Below the pieces are notes generated by a model. It was not told where the DNA came from. It was given only the letters and a program-made list of their open reading frames with translations, and made no database searches. Both the position numbers and the translations under genes were made by a program. This document shows, in pieces, positions 20,139 to 30,778 of a stretch of DNA of 64,000 bases. How positions within the stretch are numbered: position 1 is the stretch's first letter; each line of letters starts with the position of its first letter. This DNA comes from Granulicella sp. (GTDB lineage Bacteria > Acidobacteriota > Terriglobia > Terriglobales > Acidobacteriaceae), in contig DAHWNL010000078.1 of NCBI GenBank assembly GCA_027339965.1, forward strand, positions 136,789-200,788. Reading direction: 5' to 3'.

Positions 20139-21524
20139 TCAGTACAACTCCAGGACGATGCTGCCGCGAGGTGGCAGGCTGAGGACGATCCTCCGGGCAG
20201 GTTCGAAAACGGTATGGTTCCAGAGATTGCGTGATCGGAGCTTGGAGCCACGGATGCCCAGTTGCTTCCATGTGAAATTCACGGTCGCTTGGCTGTCAGA
20301 GAGATTGAAGAGCGCGAGATACTGAGAATCGCCACCGGAAGCTGCTTGGGCGACGGTCGCACTCCAGACGCTCAGGTTCCGAGAAGCTGGGCCCAGACGA
20401 TTGGCGGAGATAGGACGGCTCGAAGTTGCATGCTGGTCGATGGAGAGCAGCGTTCGGTTGGTGAGCAGTGAGCGCGAAAGTGCGTTGAGGCGGGTAAGAT
20501 TCCCGCCAAAAAACAATGGGGCTCGGGCGAAGCACCAAAGGGCAAATTCGGTTCTCTGCTCATCAAATGTCTCACCCGATTCGCGCGCAACTCCCCAGCC
20601 TGGGCTTGGTCCCAACCATCCTTCGGGAAGCATGTCCGGATCCGGCCAGTGGCCGGGGCGGGCGTAGGAAGACCAGAAGGCGAGTCGCTGGAAGGCTTCT
20701 TCCACACCAAACGGGAACTCGCCTTCCGGGTCGTGCCGAAATTTCCACCCGTCCCAATGGTCGCCGGAGATGCGCCACATCTGGGCCATGCCGGTGACTT
20801 CGCCGACCTCACTCAAGGGTGGCGGGCCAGTGGCAAGACTGAGGACGATGGGCCGGCCGGCCTTGCGGATCGCTGTGGCGATCTGGCGTACCTCAGAGAG
20901 ACGATACGGGTGGCCCGCGACGCAGTCCACTTTGAGAAAGTCGATACCCCAGGATGCGTAGAGCTTCATCATGGAGTCGTAGTAGGCTTGCCCGGCAGGG
21001 TTATCCTTTACTCCCCAGACGCCGGCAAACCACGGACAGGGAGCATTGGTGTCGGCGGCATCGGCGGCGCGAAAGCCAGTTCCAGCTATGGGCAGGTTGG
21101 CCGTGACGACCTGGCGAGGAATGCCGCGCACGATGTAGATGCCAAACTTGAGTCCACGCGCGTGAACCCAATCAGCAAGGGGTTTGAAGCCGGCGCCGTT
21201 TGCCGAAGACGGAAAGCGTCCGGGAGCGGGGATGAGCAGCCCGTTGCGATTCCAAACGTAGAATTTCTGCTCGACTGAGTGCCCTGTGGGATTGGCCATA
21301 AACCACCCAAGGTCGATTACAGCGTACCTCCACCCGTAGTTCGCCAGCGTACCAAGAACTGTTGCATTGGCCTTGAACTGATCCTCATTGATGGCGAGCC
21401 CATAGGCGTCCCAACTGTTCCAGCCCATGGGGGGCGTAGAGGCAAGGTCCTCGGCCAGGATGCGAACTCCGGCAAGGAAGAGAACCGCAAGCAGCGCCGC
21501 AGAGAGGGGGCGGTGTCTGGTCAT
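20139..21524 (-). CDS. Glycoside hydrolase family 27 (alpha-galactosidase/beta-L-arabinopyranosidase-like)
   Basis: LASTPPMGWNSW, GLKFGIY, WGIDFLKVD, MWRISGD, WPDPDMLP; signal peptide. Confidence 0.9.
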   Translation of the reverse strand: MTRHRPLSAALLAVLFLAGVRILAEDLASTPPMGWNSWDAYGLAINEDQFKANATVLGTLANYGWRYAVIDLGWFMANPTGHSVEQKFYVWNRNGLLIPAPGRFPSSANGAGFKPLADWVHARGLKFGIYIVRGIPRQVVTANLPIAGTGFRAADAADTNAPCPWFAGVWGVKDNPAGQAYYDSMMKLYASWGIDFLKVDCVAGHPYRLSEVRQIATAIRKAGRPIVLSLATGPPPLSEVGEVTGMAQMWRISGDHWDGWKFRHDPEGEFPFGVEEAFQRLAFWSSYARPGHWPDPDMLPEGWLGPSPGWGVARESGETFDEQRTEFALWCFARAPLFFGGNLTRLNALSRSLLTNRTLLSIDQHATSSRPISANRLGPASRNLSVWSATVAQAASGGDSQYLALFNLSDSQATVNFTWKQLGIRGSKLRSRNLWNHTVFEPARRIVLSLPPRGSIVLELY

Positions 21525-21794
21525 GTGGGAAGATATAGCACAATGATCAGCTCTAGCGGCGCGCGACGGACCAAAAGCGGGCGAAGCGTAGGTTGGAAGG
21601 TGGGACTCGACCTGTGCTGAAGCCAGAACTCGAGCACGGTGATACGATCAAAAGCTATCCGGCAGAGTCGATTGCTGTTGCAAGCTCTGCGCGCAACAAA
21701 GGCGAGAACGCGAGGGTTGTTTTGCGCCTGCGAGTTCCGGCAAAGTTCTCCTTAAGCCGTAAGCTCAGCCTGATGGCTTCCGATTGAGGTTTCG

Positions 21795-22733
21795 ATGGTG
21801 AAAAAGCGAAGACGCAGTGCATGTTTTGCCGTAATAACGCTCATGGTTTTTCTAGACGGGGCCGCTGCGGCGGCGCAGAGCTCCGCCGTTGCCGCACCGG
21901 CTCAGGAGTTGTCCTGTTCTCTGCCCGGACTTACAGCGGATGCGGCAAAAGCACCCACAGTGAAGGAACTTCTTCAGGCTTATAACGCGCAGGGAAGATC
22001 GATTCGCAGCCTTCACGCCTTCTTGATGTTGCACGCTCAGGACAGTGCTGAACTGAATGGGAAGCTGAAAAATTCAAAGCCATTTCCGGCCATGCTCACC
22101 TTCAGGTCGCCGGCATCACTGCGATTGACGGGAGCCATCCCATTCTCTTCCCGCCGAATATTCGACCTCGCCAGCGACGGGCACACATTTGAACTGCTGA
22201 CGCCCGAAGGCAAGACGATGCGCTTGATTCTGGGAGAGGTGGACGCGCCGGCTACTTCGCCCAATCCTCGAGAAGATATAAGGCCCCAAGCAATCCTGGA
22301 GGCAGTTCGGCTGCTTCCGGCGCGGCTTTCAGGCTCGCCAGTAGCCACACCCAGAAGGCCGGCTCACTCGACAACGGTCGATGTAGAACTCGATGCCTCC
22401 ACCGGATCTGTAGCGGCTCAACTCGAATTCGATCTGCATTCCGGCACGATTTCACGTCTTTCCATCTCCGGCCCTCGGGGAAACTCTGGCACGGAAGTAG
22501 ATTACTCCGACTGGCAACGTGAACCCGATGGGCGGCAAACAGGCAAGTTCGTCTGCTTCCCATCCCGCATCCTGGTTACGCAGCCAACGCAGGGCCGGCG
22601 GCTGGAGTTCAAGTTTCTTTCCATCGAGATGAACAAACCGACGCCGCTTTCGCAGTTTCGCTTTTTCCCGCCGCCGGGCGTTGTGGTTACACGGGTCGGA
22701 CGCAGTGGTCGGGGGAGTGCAGCCAAGCCGTAG
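21795..22733 (+). CDS. Secreted hypothetical protein, possibly LolA/LolB-like beta fold
   Basis: Signal peptide; IFDLASDG, EVDYSDWQ, FPSRILV, FRFFPPPGVVV endings resemble lipoprotein-sorting folds. Confidence 0.5.
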   Translation: MVKKRRRSACFAVITLMVFLDGAAAAAQSSAVAAPAQELSCSLPGLTADAAKAPTVKELLQAYNAQGRSIRSLHAFLMLHAQDSAELNGKLKNSKPFPAMLTFRSPASLRLTGAIPFSSRRIFDLASDGHTFELLTPEGKTMRLILGEVDAPATSPNPREDIRPQAILEAVRLLPARLSGSPVATPRRPAHSTTVDVELDASTGSVAAQLEFDLHSGTISRLSISGPRGNSGTEVDYSDWQREPDGRQTGKFVCFPSRILVTQPTQGRRLEFKFLSIEMNKPTPLSQFRFFPPPGVVVTRVGRSGRGSAAKP

Positions 22734-23079
22734 CCTGAAGCGGCAACTCGCACAGGCAGGCGTGTACCGGGCGCATCTTCGTTCCATAGGCGGCGTACCC
22801 AGACCAAAGCGCAATCGTCTGAGCGCATTCGAGGGCACCCAATCGTTCCAGATCTCAGCTAATCGAGTTGCAGGTTCCCCTGGTAGATGATGAACTTACC
22901 TCGCCCGGTGCCGGGGGATCGCCACGACATTTTCCCTGTTGCAAATTTTTTTACGAAACTGCCGTGATAGAACGCGCAGAACACACACTTAACAATAAGG
23001 GCTGCAAGGTTACGTTTAGGCAATAGGACGAAACGTGCGCGGAGACGTGTCTCCGTTTGGCCCCAGTGCGAGGTCATAG

Positions 23080-26000
23080 ATGATTTCGAAGGGGTTTGGA
23101 ATATTCCTGATCGGGGCCGTGCTCCGCTTCTTCCCTGCCTGCGGAGCACAGAGCTGGCAGCCGTCTGTCGCAGATGGAATAGCGTCCGGGAACGCAGTTA
23201 CCCGTCCCATGGACCCTGGCAGGTTCCTGCATCCGGCTGGCCGGCCCTATGCTATATCAGGGAGTCGAAAGTTCCTCGAGACGCCGCTCGAGTTCGAGGC
23301 CAATCAGGGGCAGGCACCTAGGGACTACCGGTTTATCGCCTTCGGCCCTTCGTACTCTCTCGGGATCTCCTCCACTGGGCTCGCACTCTCGCTGCATCGG
23401 CCACCAGAAGATGACAACCGCGGGGAGATTCACGCACCGCCGGCCGCCCGCTCCGCAAGCGTCGCTTTGTCCATCGTCGGGTCCAGCCCCTCTTCCCGGG
23501 TGACAGGACTGGACTCCCAGCCCGGGCGTAGCAACTACTTTCTCGGGAATAATCCGGCGCAGTGGCACAGGAAGATTCCACAGTTTGCCCGGGTGCGCAT
23601 CGCAGGCGTCTATCCCGGAGTCGATCTGCTCTTTCATGGCAACCGGCAGCAATTGGAATACGACTTTAATATCGCACCGGGCGTGGATCCCAATCAGATT
23701 CGGTTCAGAGCCCTCGGAGCGCAAGCGGTGACGATCGATGCTCAGGGAAATGCGCTGCTGCATACTGCGGCAGGCAACGTCGAACTGAAGCATCCGATAG
23801 CCTACCAAGAGATTGCGGGCGTTCAGCATCCGGTTCAAAGCTCGTTTGAGATGGACAAGACGGGCCTCCTGCGATTCACCCTCGGCAGTTACGACCAAAG
23901 CCGACCCCTGGTGATCGACCCAATCTTGCTTTACTCCATCAACCTCGGCGGCTCCTACGGAACCGCAGGCATTGGTCTCGCCACGGATGCAAGCGGAGAT
24001 GTCTATATCACCGGCAACACCTGCTCGGCCGACTTTCCCTCAACCGCAGGCAACTTTCAGACCATCCATACCAACCCACTCGCTGACGCCTGCGAGGACG
24101 GATTTGTCGCCAAACTGGACTCAACGGCTTCCACCCTGATCTTCTCCGACTTCATTGGTGGCGCTGACGGGGCGAGCACGGGAACCCATGTGGCCGTGGA
24201 CAGCGGAGGCAACGTCTACGTAGCCGGCGCGACCAACGCCACAGACTTCCCGAAGGTCTCCAATATTGGCGTTGCCGCAGCCAAGCAGTGCGGCCTTACG
24301 AACACCGGCTTTGACTGCCCCCAGGGGTTCATCCTGAAGCTGAGTCCTGACGGTTCGCAGATCCTTTTTTCCAGTCTTCTGGGCGGCAGTCAGGCGAGCG
24401 GAGCCTACCAGGTGGGCCTGAACCCAGCGACGGGAGACCTGGATGTTCTGGGTGGCACCAATTCATCTGACTTTTTGCCTGCGCCCACCACGCTCGATAC
24501 CAGCTTTGAAGCAGGCTCGTGCAGCAATGGCAATCCCTGCTTCAACGGATTCCTGTTAGGGCTGGATCCTTCCAGCGGAGCGCTGCGGTATGGAACCTTT
24601 CTGGGAGGGCAGGGGAACGTCTGGGCAATGGGGCTGGCCTTCGATCAGAGCGGCAACATCTACATCACGGGCAGCGCGCAACTTCCCTTGTCAAGCAGCC
24701 TGGGGAGCGTGACCAACACCTACGCTCCGGCAGGCGGAGCGACGGCCTCGGGAACGAGCCTCTATGTTCTGAAGCTGAATCTATCCGGCGCCACCCTTCG
24801 TCCCGGCTATCTGACGCTGGTGGAAGGCGACGCCGATACCGGCGGTTCAACTCTCGCCGTGGATTCCAGCGGAAATGCCTACTTTGGCGGTGGAACCTCC
24901 AGCCTGCATCTGGCGGTTACCTCCGGGGCTTACCAAGCCACCAACACCGATACGGCAGGGAACGGATGCCTTTGGGCGCCGGCGGTCACTCCGTTTATGC
25001 CTGCGTCGTGCGGGACGGGACTGGCCGGGAAGCTCAGTTCGGCCGGCGCACTGTCCTTCCTGACCTATTTGGGAGGCAACAGCCAGACCCAGGTGGAATC
25101 GCTGGGGCTGGACAGCAACCAGAACCTGTGGATGGCGGGCTCAACGTCATCGACGGACTTTCCGGTGACCACGGGCCACTACCTGATAACCCCGGGATAC
25201 CTCTCACCCTTCCTCGCCGAGATGTCAAACGACGGAACCCGACTGCCGTTTGCAACATTGGTAGGAGGCAACTCGGGGCACGCATCTTCCCTGACGATAG
25301 ACAGCAGTAACAACGTCTACCTTGCGGGATACATCTCGAATGGGCTGCAGACACCCAACGTTTACCAGACAAACTTTGCCGGCTTGAGCATGGCGTTTGT
25401 AGAAAAATGGGGAGCGGGCGCTGCACCAAGTATTACCCTTTCGACAAACAATCTGGCGTTCAACAATGTTCCGTTCGGCGCCGTCAGCGCTCCACAAACC
25501 ATCACGATTCAGAACACAAGCAGCGTTGCAGCCGAGATTGGGGTGGAGCTGACCTCTAACTATCCGGGGCAGGCAGCGAACTTTGTAGATGCTTCCACCT
25601 GCGGAACATCTCTGGCCGGCGGAGCTTCCTGCACACTCACGGTGACCTTTGTGCCGGGAACGGCGCCGGCCTCCTGCGTGGAGGCGCAGGGGTGCAATGC
25701 AGCGGCGCCAACGGCCACGCTTGAGATCCAGACGAATGCGCTTCAGGGAACGCAGATCGTCTCCCTGAGCGGATCGACGGGCACGGCTCCCGCCGCCGCG
25801 CTGAGCCCCAATCCGATCGTCTTCCCGACCCAGGCTGCGGGGAGTACAGGCAATAGCATTCAGGTCGATATGGCAAACACGGGCGATATGAACCTTTTCG
25901 CCAGCAGCGTTGTGCTCAGCGGCCCGAACGCCTCCGACTTCCAGTTGGCCCTCTCGGGCTTTGGTCTCAACTGCGCCAATGCGTTCGCACCGGGGGAGTT

Positions 26001-28941
26001 CTGCGTTGTTGGCGTTACCTTCAGTCCGGCGGCCACGGCTACAGGCACGCGCACGGCCACGTTGACCTTTACGGACAATGCTCCTGACAGCCCGCAGAGT
26101 ATCCCGATCACCGGCACAATTGCGGGCCCCGATTCACTTGTGGTTTCGCCTACGGTTGCAGATGTTGGGCCGGTGGTCATCGGGGGCTCCTACACAACCA
26201 CGGTCTCTCTCAATAATCTCTCTCCAAACACTGTCGACGTAACCAGCCTTGCGATTACCGGGACCAATGCCGGAGATTTTTCGGTCGCGCCGGAGTACTG
26301 TAGTGCAAGCAGCGCTCCAATAACGATCGCTTCCGGCTCCTCATGCGGCCTGATCGTAACCTTTGCTCCGACGAGCGGAGCCAGCGGACTGCGCACGGCT
26401 ACGCTCACTGTGGGCACCAATCCAGCGATCAGCGGAATTCCCGCGATCACTCTGCAAGGAGACGCTCTCACAAGCTCCCAGACCTCAATCGGGTATTCGT
26501 CGACTCCCAACCCGATGAACTTCGGCGGACTGGAGGTGGGTGAAACATCCAATAATCAGAGCGTTTTGCTCACCATCAAGAACGTTCCTCCATCCATCTG
26601 TATTAGCAGTACGTCAGCCTGTGGGGCGTCGCTGACGGTTTCCTCCATCACCCCGGGCCTGAGCGATTACTCCGTTGTGGTTCAACCCAGCTCCTACTCC
26701 TTCTGCACGGCGCCACCATTCACAATCCCTCCCGTGGGTGGATACTGCACCTTCGAGGTGGTCTTCACGCCAACGCAGGCCGGGTCCAGAAACACCACGC
26801 TTACCATCAACAGCAACGATCCGCAGGGGCCGGTGCAGATTCCGGTCTATGGCAGCGGCCTGGCGCTCCCTCTGGGCGAGTTTCTGCAGACTGCCCTGAA
26901 CTTCGGCAACTGCGCCATTGGCGTGGCCTGCCCACCTTTGAGCACCACGCTTGTGAACGAGGGACAAAGTGACCTGGCGATCAGCTCGGTAACCGCCAGC
27001 GAGAACTTTTCGGTTGCGACAAACTCCTGCCCCGCTTCGCTGGCTCCACAGGCAAGTTGCAACATCTCGCTGAGCTTTACCCCGCCAGCGGCCGGCTTCT
27101 TTACGGGAACCCTGACGATCTCTGACAACGCAGGGTTTAGCTCGCAGCAGATCGTGACGATGACGGGCTCAGGAACCACCGGACCGCAACTGCGGCTGTG
27201 GCCCGCCGCGATCAACTTTGGAAACCAGACGACGAATATGACGAGCAGCGCACAGACCATTGAAGTGGCCAGCACCGGCGACTCCACGGTGACCTTGCCG
27301 GAAAACGGCCTCTTTACCACCGGTGACTTCATCCTGGATGGCACTACGTGCGGTACGAGCCTGACTGCCGGGCAAACGTGTACGGCAAGCATCGAGTACA
27401 GACCATCGAGCTCTCAGCTTGTGGGGGTTGCTGAGTCCGGGTCACTGGAGGCGACGGACAATGCGACCGGTAGCCCGCAGATCGCCCTGCTGCAGGGAAC
27501 CCCATCTCAAAGCACCACGGCAGCGACAACGACCACGCTTGTGTCGTCGCCGAATCCGGCGACCGCAGGAAGCAGTATCTTGTTTACGGCAACGGTGGCA
27601 GGACCCTCGGGCAATACGACTGTGCCCACAGGAACCGTGAGCTTCCTGAACGGAACGACGACTTTGGGCAGCGGGAAGTTAAGCGCCTCTGCTGCAGCCA
27701 GCTTCAGCACCTCTACGCTACCCGCCGGCACATACTCGATCACTGCTGAGTATAGCGGGGACTCAAACTTCAGCGGGTCAACATCGAACGTCGTTACCCA
27801 GGTAGTGAATGCAGCCGCCAAGGCCTCGACAACGACCGTTGTGACCTCTTCCGCAAACCCGTCAACGGTTGGACAATCCGTCTCCTTCACGGCAACGGTC
27901 GCCGGCGCGTCTGGCAGCTCCGGTGTGCCCACGGGGTCAGTGACCTTCATGGATGCCGGAACAACGCTTGGCCGCGGAACCCTGAATGCAGCCGGAATGG
28001 CGACCTACAGCACATCCTCTCTCAGCATCGGGTCGCAATCCATTACTGCAGTCTACAGCGGCGACTCGAATTTCAATGGATCGACCTCAGCGGCACTCAC
28101 GCAGATGGTGAACGCCGCTGCCCTGCTATCTACGACCACGGCAGTTACCTCTTCGGTGAATCCTTCTGCGCAGGGAGAATCGGTGACGTTTACTGCGACC
28201 GTTCTCGGCCCGTCGGGCAATACCGTCACTCCCACTGGCTCGATCACCTTCTTGGACGGCGCCACCATGTTGGGGACCAGCCCGCTCAACAGCAGTTCGC
28301 AGGCGGTCTACACGACTGCGTCTCTCGCCGTAGGCAACCACTCCATTACGGCGGTCTACGGAGGCGACACCACCTTTGCGGGATCGACCTCCGCGGCGCT
28401 GACGCAAACCGTGAACGGGCCGGGCTTCTCCCTAAGCCTGAACCCGACAACGGTCACTCTCAACGCCGGCCAATCCGGAAGCACAATCATTACGGTGACT
28501 CCCGAGAGCGGCTTTGATCAGGCAGTTAGCTTTACCTGCTCCGGGCTTCCGTTGGCGAGCACTTGTAGCTTCTCGCCTTCCACCGTGACACCGAACGGAA
28601 GCTCCGTCACTTCAACTTTGACCATCGCGACTGACGTGGCAATGATCCGGCTTCACAGACCGTCTACTTTCGGTGGCCATGGAAGAGCAGCGCAGGGCAT
28701 CCTGTTGGCTTGCATGCTGTTCGGCCTTGGCAGCATCTTCCGGGCACGGCGCAGGTGGAAGAGCTTCTTCTCAGCACTCGCCCTCTTTGCTGCATTGGGC
28801 TTCGCCTTCTCCGGCTGCGGCGGCAGCAGCATTGGAACCAGCAGCGGCGCAACCACACCTTCAGGCAGCAGCACGGTGACGGTGACGGCTACGGCTGGCA
28901 GCATGAGCAAGAGTGAGTCATTCGTTCTCGCCGTTCAATAG
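23080..28941 (+). CDS. Large surface protein: N-terminal FEANQGQ domain, SBBP beta-propeller repeats, several ASH/choice-of-anchor-D-like Ig domains, three Big_3 Ig repeats and a C-terminal membrane/lipobox segment
   Basis: LEFEANQGQ...SNYFLGNNPAQW...LEYDF...LVIDP; DxSGNVYxxGxTxSxDFP repeats; CGTSLAGGASCTLTVTF-type domains; TTTLVSSPNP...YSGDSNF x3 (about 27520-28420). Confidence 0.88.
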   Translation: MISKGFGIFLIGAVLRFFPACGAQSWQPSVADGIASGNAVTRPMDPGRFLHPAGRPYAISGSRKFLETPLEFEANQGQAPRDYRFIAFGPSYSLGISSTGLALSLHRPPEDDNRGEIHAPPAARSASVALSIVGSSPSSRVTGLDSQPGRSNYFLGNNPAQWHRKIPQFARVRIAGVYPGVDLLFHGNRQQLEYDFNIAPGVDPNQIRFRALGAQAVTIDAQGNALLHTAAGNVELKHPIAYQEIAGVQHPVQSSFEMDKTGLLRFTLGSYDQSRPLVIDPILLYSINLGGSYGTAGIGLATDASGDVYITGNTCSADFPSTAGNFQTIHTNPLADACEDGFVAKLDSTASTLIFSDFIGGADGASTGTHVAVDSGGNVYVAGATNATDFPKVSNIGVAAAKQCGLTNTGFDCPQGFILKLSPDGSQILFSSLLGGSQASGAYQVGLNPATGDLDVLGGTNSSDFLPAPTTLDTSFEAGSCSNGNPCFNGFLLGLDPSSGALRYGTFLGGQGNVWAMGLAFDQSGNIYITGSAQLPLSSSLGSVTNTYAPAGGATASGTSLYVLKLNLSGATLRPGYLTLVEGDADTGGSTLAVDSSGNAYFGGGTSSLHLAVTSGAYQATNTDTAGNGCLWAPAVTPFMPASCGTGLAGKLSSAGALSFLTYLGGNSQTQVESLGLDSNQNLWMAGSTSSTDFPVTTGHYLITPGYLSPFLAEMSNDGTRLPFATLVGGNSGHASSLTIDSSNNVYLAGYISNGLQTPNVYQTNFAGLSMAFVEKWGAGAAPSITLSTNNLAFNNVPFGAVSAPQTITIQNTSSVAAEIGVELTSNYPGQAANFVDASTCGTSLAGGASCTLTVTFVPGTAPASCVEAQGCNAAAPTATLEIQTNALQGTQIVSLSGSTGTAPAAALSPNPIVFPTQAAGSTGNSIQVDMANTGDMNLFASSVVLSGPNASDFQLALSGFGLNCANAFAPGEFCVVGVTFSPAATATGTRTATLTFTDNAPDSPQSIPITGTIAGPDSLVVSPTVADVGPVVIGGSYTTTVSLNNLSPNTVDVTSLAITGTNAGDFSVAPEYCSASSAPITIASGSSCGLIVTFAPTSGASGLRTATLTVGTNPAISGIPAITLQGDALTSSQTSIGYSSTPNPMNFGGLEVGETSNNQSVLLTIKNVPPSICISSTSACGASLTVSSITPGLSDYSVVVQPSSYSFCTAPPFTIPPVGGYCTFEVVFTPTQAGSRNTTLTINSNDPQGPVQIPVYGSGLALPLGEFLQTALNFGNCAIGVACPPLSTTLVNEGQSDLAISSVTASENFSVATNSCPASLAPQASCNISLSFTPPAAGFFTGTLTISDNAGFSSQQIVTMTGSGTTGPQLRLWPAAINFGNQTTNMTSSAQTIEVASTGDSTVTLPENGLFTTGDFILDGTTCGTSLTAGQTCTASIEYRPSSSQLVGVAESGSLEATDNATGSPQIALLQGTPSQSTTAATTTTLVSSPNPATAGSSILFTATVAGPSGNTTVPTGTVSFLNGTTTLGSGKLSASAAASFSTSTLPAGTYSITAEYSGDSNFSGSTSNVVTQVVNAAAKASTTTVVTSSANPSTVGQSVSFTATVAGASGSSGVPTGSVTFMDAGTTLGRGTLNAAGMATYSTSSLSIGSQSITAVYSGDSNFNGSTSAALTQMVNAAALLSTTTAVTSSVNPSAQGESVTFTATVLGPSGNTVTPTGSITFLDGATMLGTSPLNSSSQAVYTTASLAVGNHSITAVYGGDTTFAGSTSAALTQTVNGPGFSLSLNPTTVTLNAGQSGSTIITVTPESGFDQAVSFTCSGLPLASTCSFSPSTVTPNGSSVTSTLTIATDVAMIRLHRPSTFGGHGRAAQGILLACMLFGLGSIFRARRRWKSFFSALALFAALGFAFSGCGGSSIGTSSGATTPSGSSTVTVTATAGSMSKSESFVLAVQ

Positions 28942-29458
28942 GAAAGAGAGCAGAACTGGAAAGCCCTATCGAAAGTGCAGAGCCCTAGGGCTGCTTTGGC
29001 CTGCGTCTGGGACTAGGCAGGTGACGATCTGCGTCATTGGACGTCTTGCGTGCAAGAGACACGCGTCCTTTGACGAACGAGCCGGAGGCGTTGGCCTCTT
29101 CTACTCGAACATTGCAAGGTAAGGGTCGACCTCCCTTTTGCAAGCCTCGGCCTTGCAAGCCTCGGTCCGCAGAGGGAAGTCATTGCTGCCGGCCTGCCTC
29201 TGTCTGGAATCTTCGGCAAACGCTCTCTGTAGAACGCAAAGCTTCCGGTCGAGCCAGGCCCTCTCGTCAGAACGGCTTGTTCTTCGCTTTTGGGTTGCAG
29301 TCGAATGGAATGTCTAGAGCATCCTGCATAATGCTGTAGACTACAGATGGCGACTCTTCCGCGAGGCAAAGCGTACGGCTAAAGCCTGCGAGGGGGAATA
29401 TCGGGTAGTGGTGCCGTTTGAAATCCACAGGCTCTCGGCTCGGCGGTAAACTTAGGTC

Positions 29459-29668
29459 ATGGCAAAACGACGGCTCCGCATCGTGAAAACAACCCCGAAT
29501 CTGGGCGCAGTCTGCGAAAGGTGCGGTATGGGGTTCGACTCCGTTCTGCCGGATCGCTCCGCAGCCGAGGCTGAGATTTACGCTGCCTTTGATGCTCATG
29601 TTTGCCTGCCTTTGGATGCCAGCCAGAACGCTGTGCGGATCATCCGCGAAGCCACAGAAAACAAATAG
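29459..29668 (+). CDS. Small hypothetical protein with putative Zn ligands (CxxC...HxC); IS passenger
   Basis: MAKRRLRIVK...VCERCG...AHVC...DASQNAVRIIREATENK; its stop abuts the convergent ORF. Confidence 0.55.
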   Translation: MAKRRLRIVKTTPNLGAVCERCGMGFDSVLPDRSAAEAEIYAAFDAHVCLPLDASQNAVRIIREATENK

Positions 29669-29878
29669 CTATTCTTCCGCAACTAGAATCTTGTCCTGCA
29701 TGGCCATGAAATGCTCATACCGCATCAGGACAGCCAGCGGATTGTCGTTGTCTTGAATTACCAGCGTCTTATCCAAGTTGCGCAGTTGGGTGACGTTTAG
29801 GGACCGGAGCCGGGTGATCCCGACATGCTGCACGCTTGGGTCAAGATACGGAATAGAAACCTGATTTGCTTTCGCCAT
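29669..29878 (-). CDS. Small protein resembling the Phd/YefM antitoxin fold; IS passenger
   Basis: VGITRLR...LVIQDNDNPLAVLMRYEHF pattern; GAGG RBS 9 bp after the transposase stop. Confidence 0.55.
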   Translation of the reverse strand: MAKANQVSIPYLDPSVQHVGITRLRSLNVTQLRNLDKTLVIQDNDNPLAVLMRYEHFMAMQDKILVAEE

Positions 29879-29887
29879 AATTCCTCG

Positions 29888-30775
29888 TTAGGCCATGTTT
29901 TCGAGAGCCTTTAAGATGATTGCTTTGCCGATCTGCTGAAGCGGCTTCGGCTCAGGGATCAAACTGCATAGTTCTTCCAGCGTCCAGACATGATCCGTCA
30001 ACCCGGCCTCTATTGCCGGAGTAACGCACAGGGTCTTGTGAACCCGGCAGAAGTTGTAGTGCATGAAGTACACCGCGATCTGATGCGCGTGGTTCTCCAG
30101 CTTCTTGCTGAAACCGTTGGTCGGGCGCGTAAATCTGCGCATCCCCATTCGCATGGAGAGGTTTTGCCGTTCAACGTAAGACGTACTGACATGCTCTGGA
30201 TCGGGATCGCCGCTAACCACTTTCATGCCAGTTCCGATGCACTTCGCCGGGGAATAACGGCGCTGCTCGGCATCGGTCGGAGTGCCGTATATCTTCTGTA
30301 ATTGCGCATAGTCCACGTCACATCCAAAAGCACCTTCTATGGCTTCCAGATAGTGTTTCAGGCCGTCCGTGGTGAGTTGCACACGACCCCGAATACGTTC
30401 GGCGCAATCTTCCATGAACTCCATTGCCCATGCGCCATCGCGTCCCCCAACGAGCCAAGATACGCAGAGCTTCGTATCGGCATCGATGGCCGTCCAGGTC
30501 CATACGTCTCCCCACCCCTCCGGTTCCCGCTCAGGCTTTACGTTCTTTGCCTTGGCTCCGACAAACGACCAAATTTCATCGCATTGCAGGCGGCGAACGC
30601 GCAGGTTGCGGACGTGCCGATCATGGAACTTAAAGCAAGCGTCCCCGGCATCTTCCAAGAGGCGCAGGACCGTGTGTTTGCCAACTCCAAGCATCCGGCA
30701 GGTAGCGTTGATGGAGTTTCCTTCGACCAAAGCTCCAATCACCTTCGACCTCATCTCTGTGCTCAAGCGGTTCAC
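29888..30775 (-). CDS. IS1-family DDE transposase (N-terminal HTH)
   Basis: LVEGNSINATCRMLGV HTH; QCDEIWSFVG, WTWTAIDADTKL, QLTTDG, STSYVERQNL, RRFTRPTNGFSKK, HYNFCRVH. Confidence 0.9.
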   Translation of the reverse strand: MNRLSTEMRSKVIGALVEGNSINATCRMLGVGKHTVLRLLEDAGDACFKFHDRHVRNLRVRRLQCDEIWSFVGAKAKNVKPEREPEGWGDVWTWTAIDADTKLCVSWLVGGRDGAWAMEFMEDCAERIRGRVQLTTDGLKHYLEAIEGAFGCDVDYAQLQKIYGTPTDAEQRRYSPAKCIGTGMKVVSGDPDPEHVSTSYVERQNLSMRMGMRRFTRPTNGFSKKLENHAHQIAVYFMHYNFCRVHKTLCVTPAIEAGLTDHVWTLEELCSLIPEPKPLQQIGKAIILKALENMA

Positions 30776-30778
30776 GTC

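Noticed and set aside
29214..29260. GGCAAAC...ACGCAAAGCTTCCGGTC resembles the c-di-GMP-I riboswitch core
   Set aside because: No GNRA-capped stem between the motifs, no convincing second helix, and no suitably placed downstream gene.
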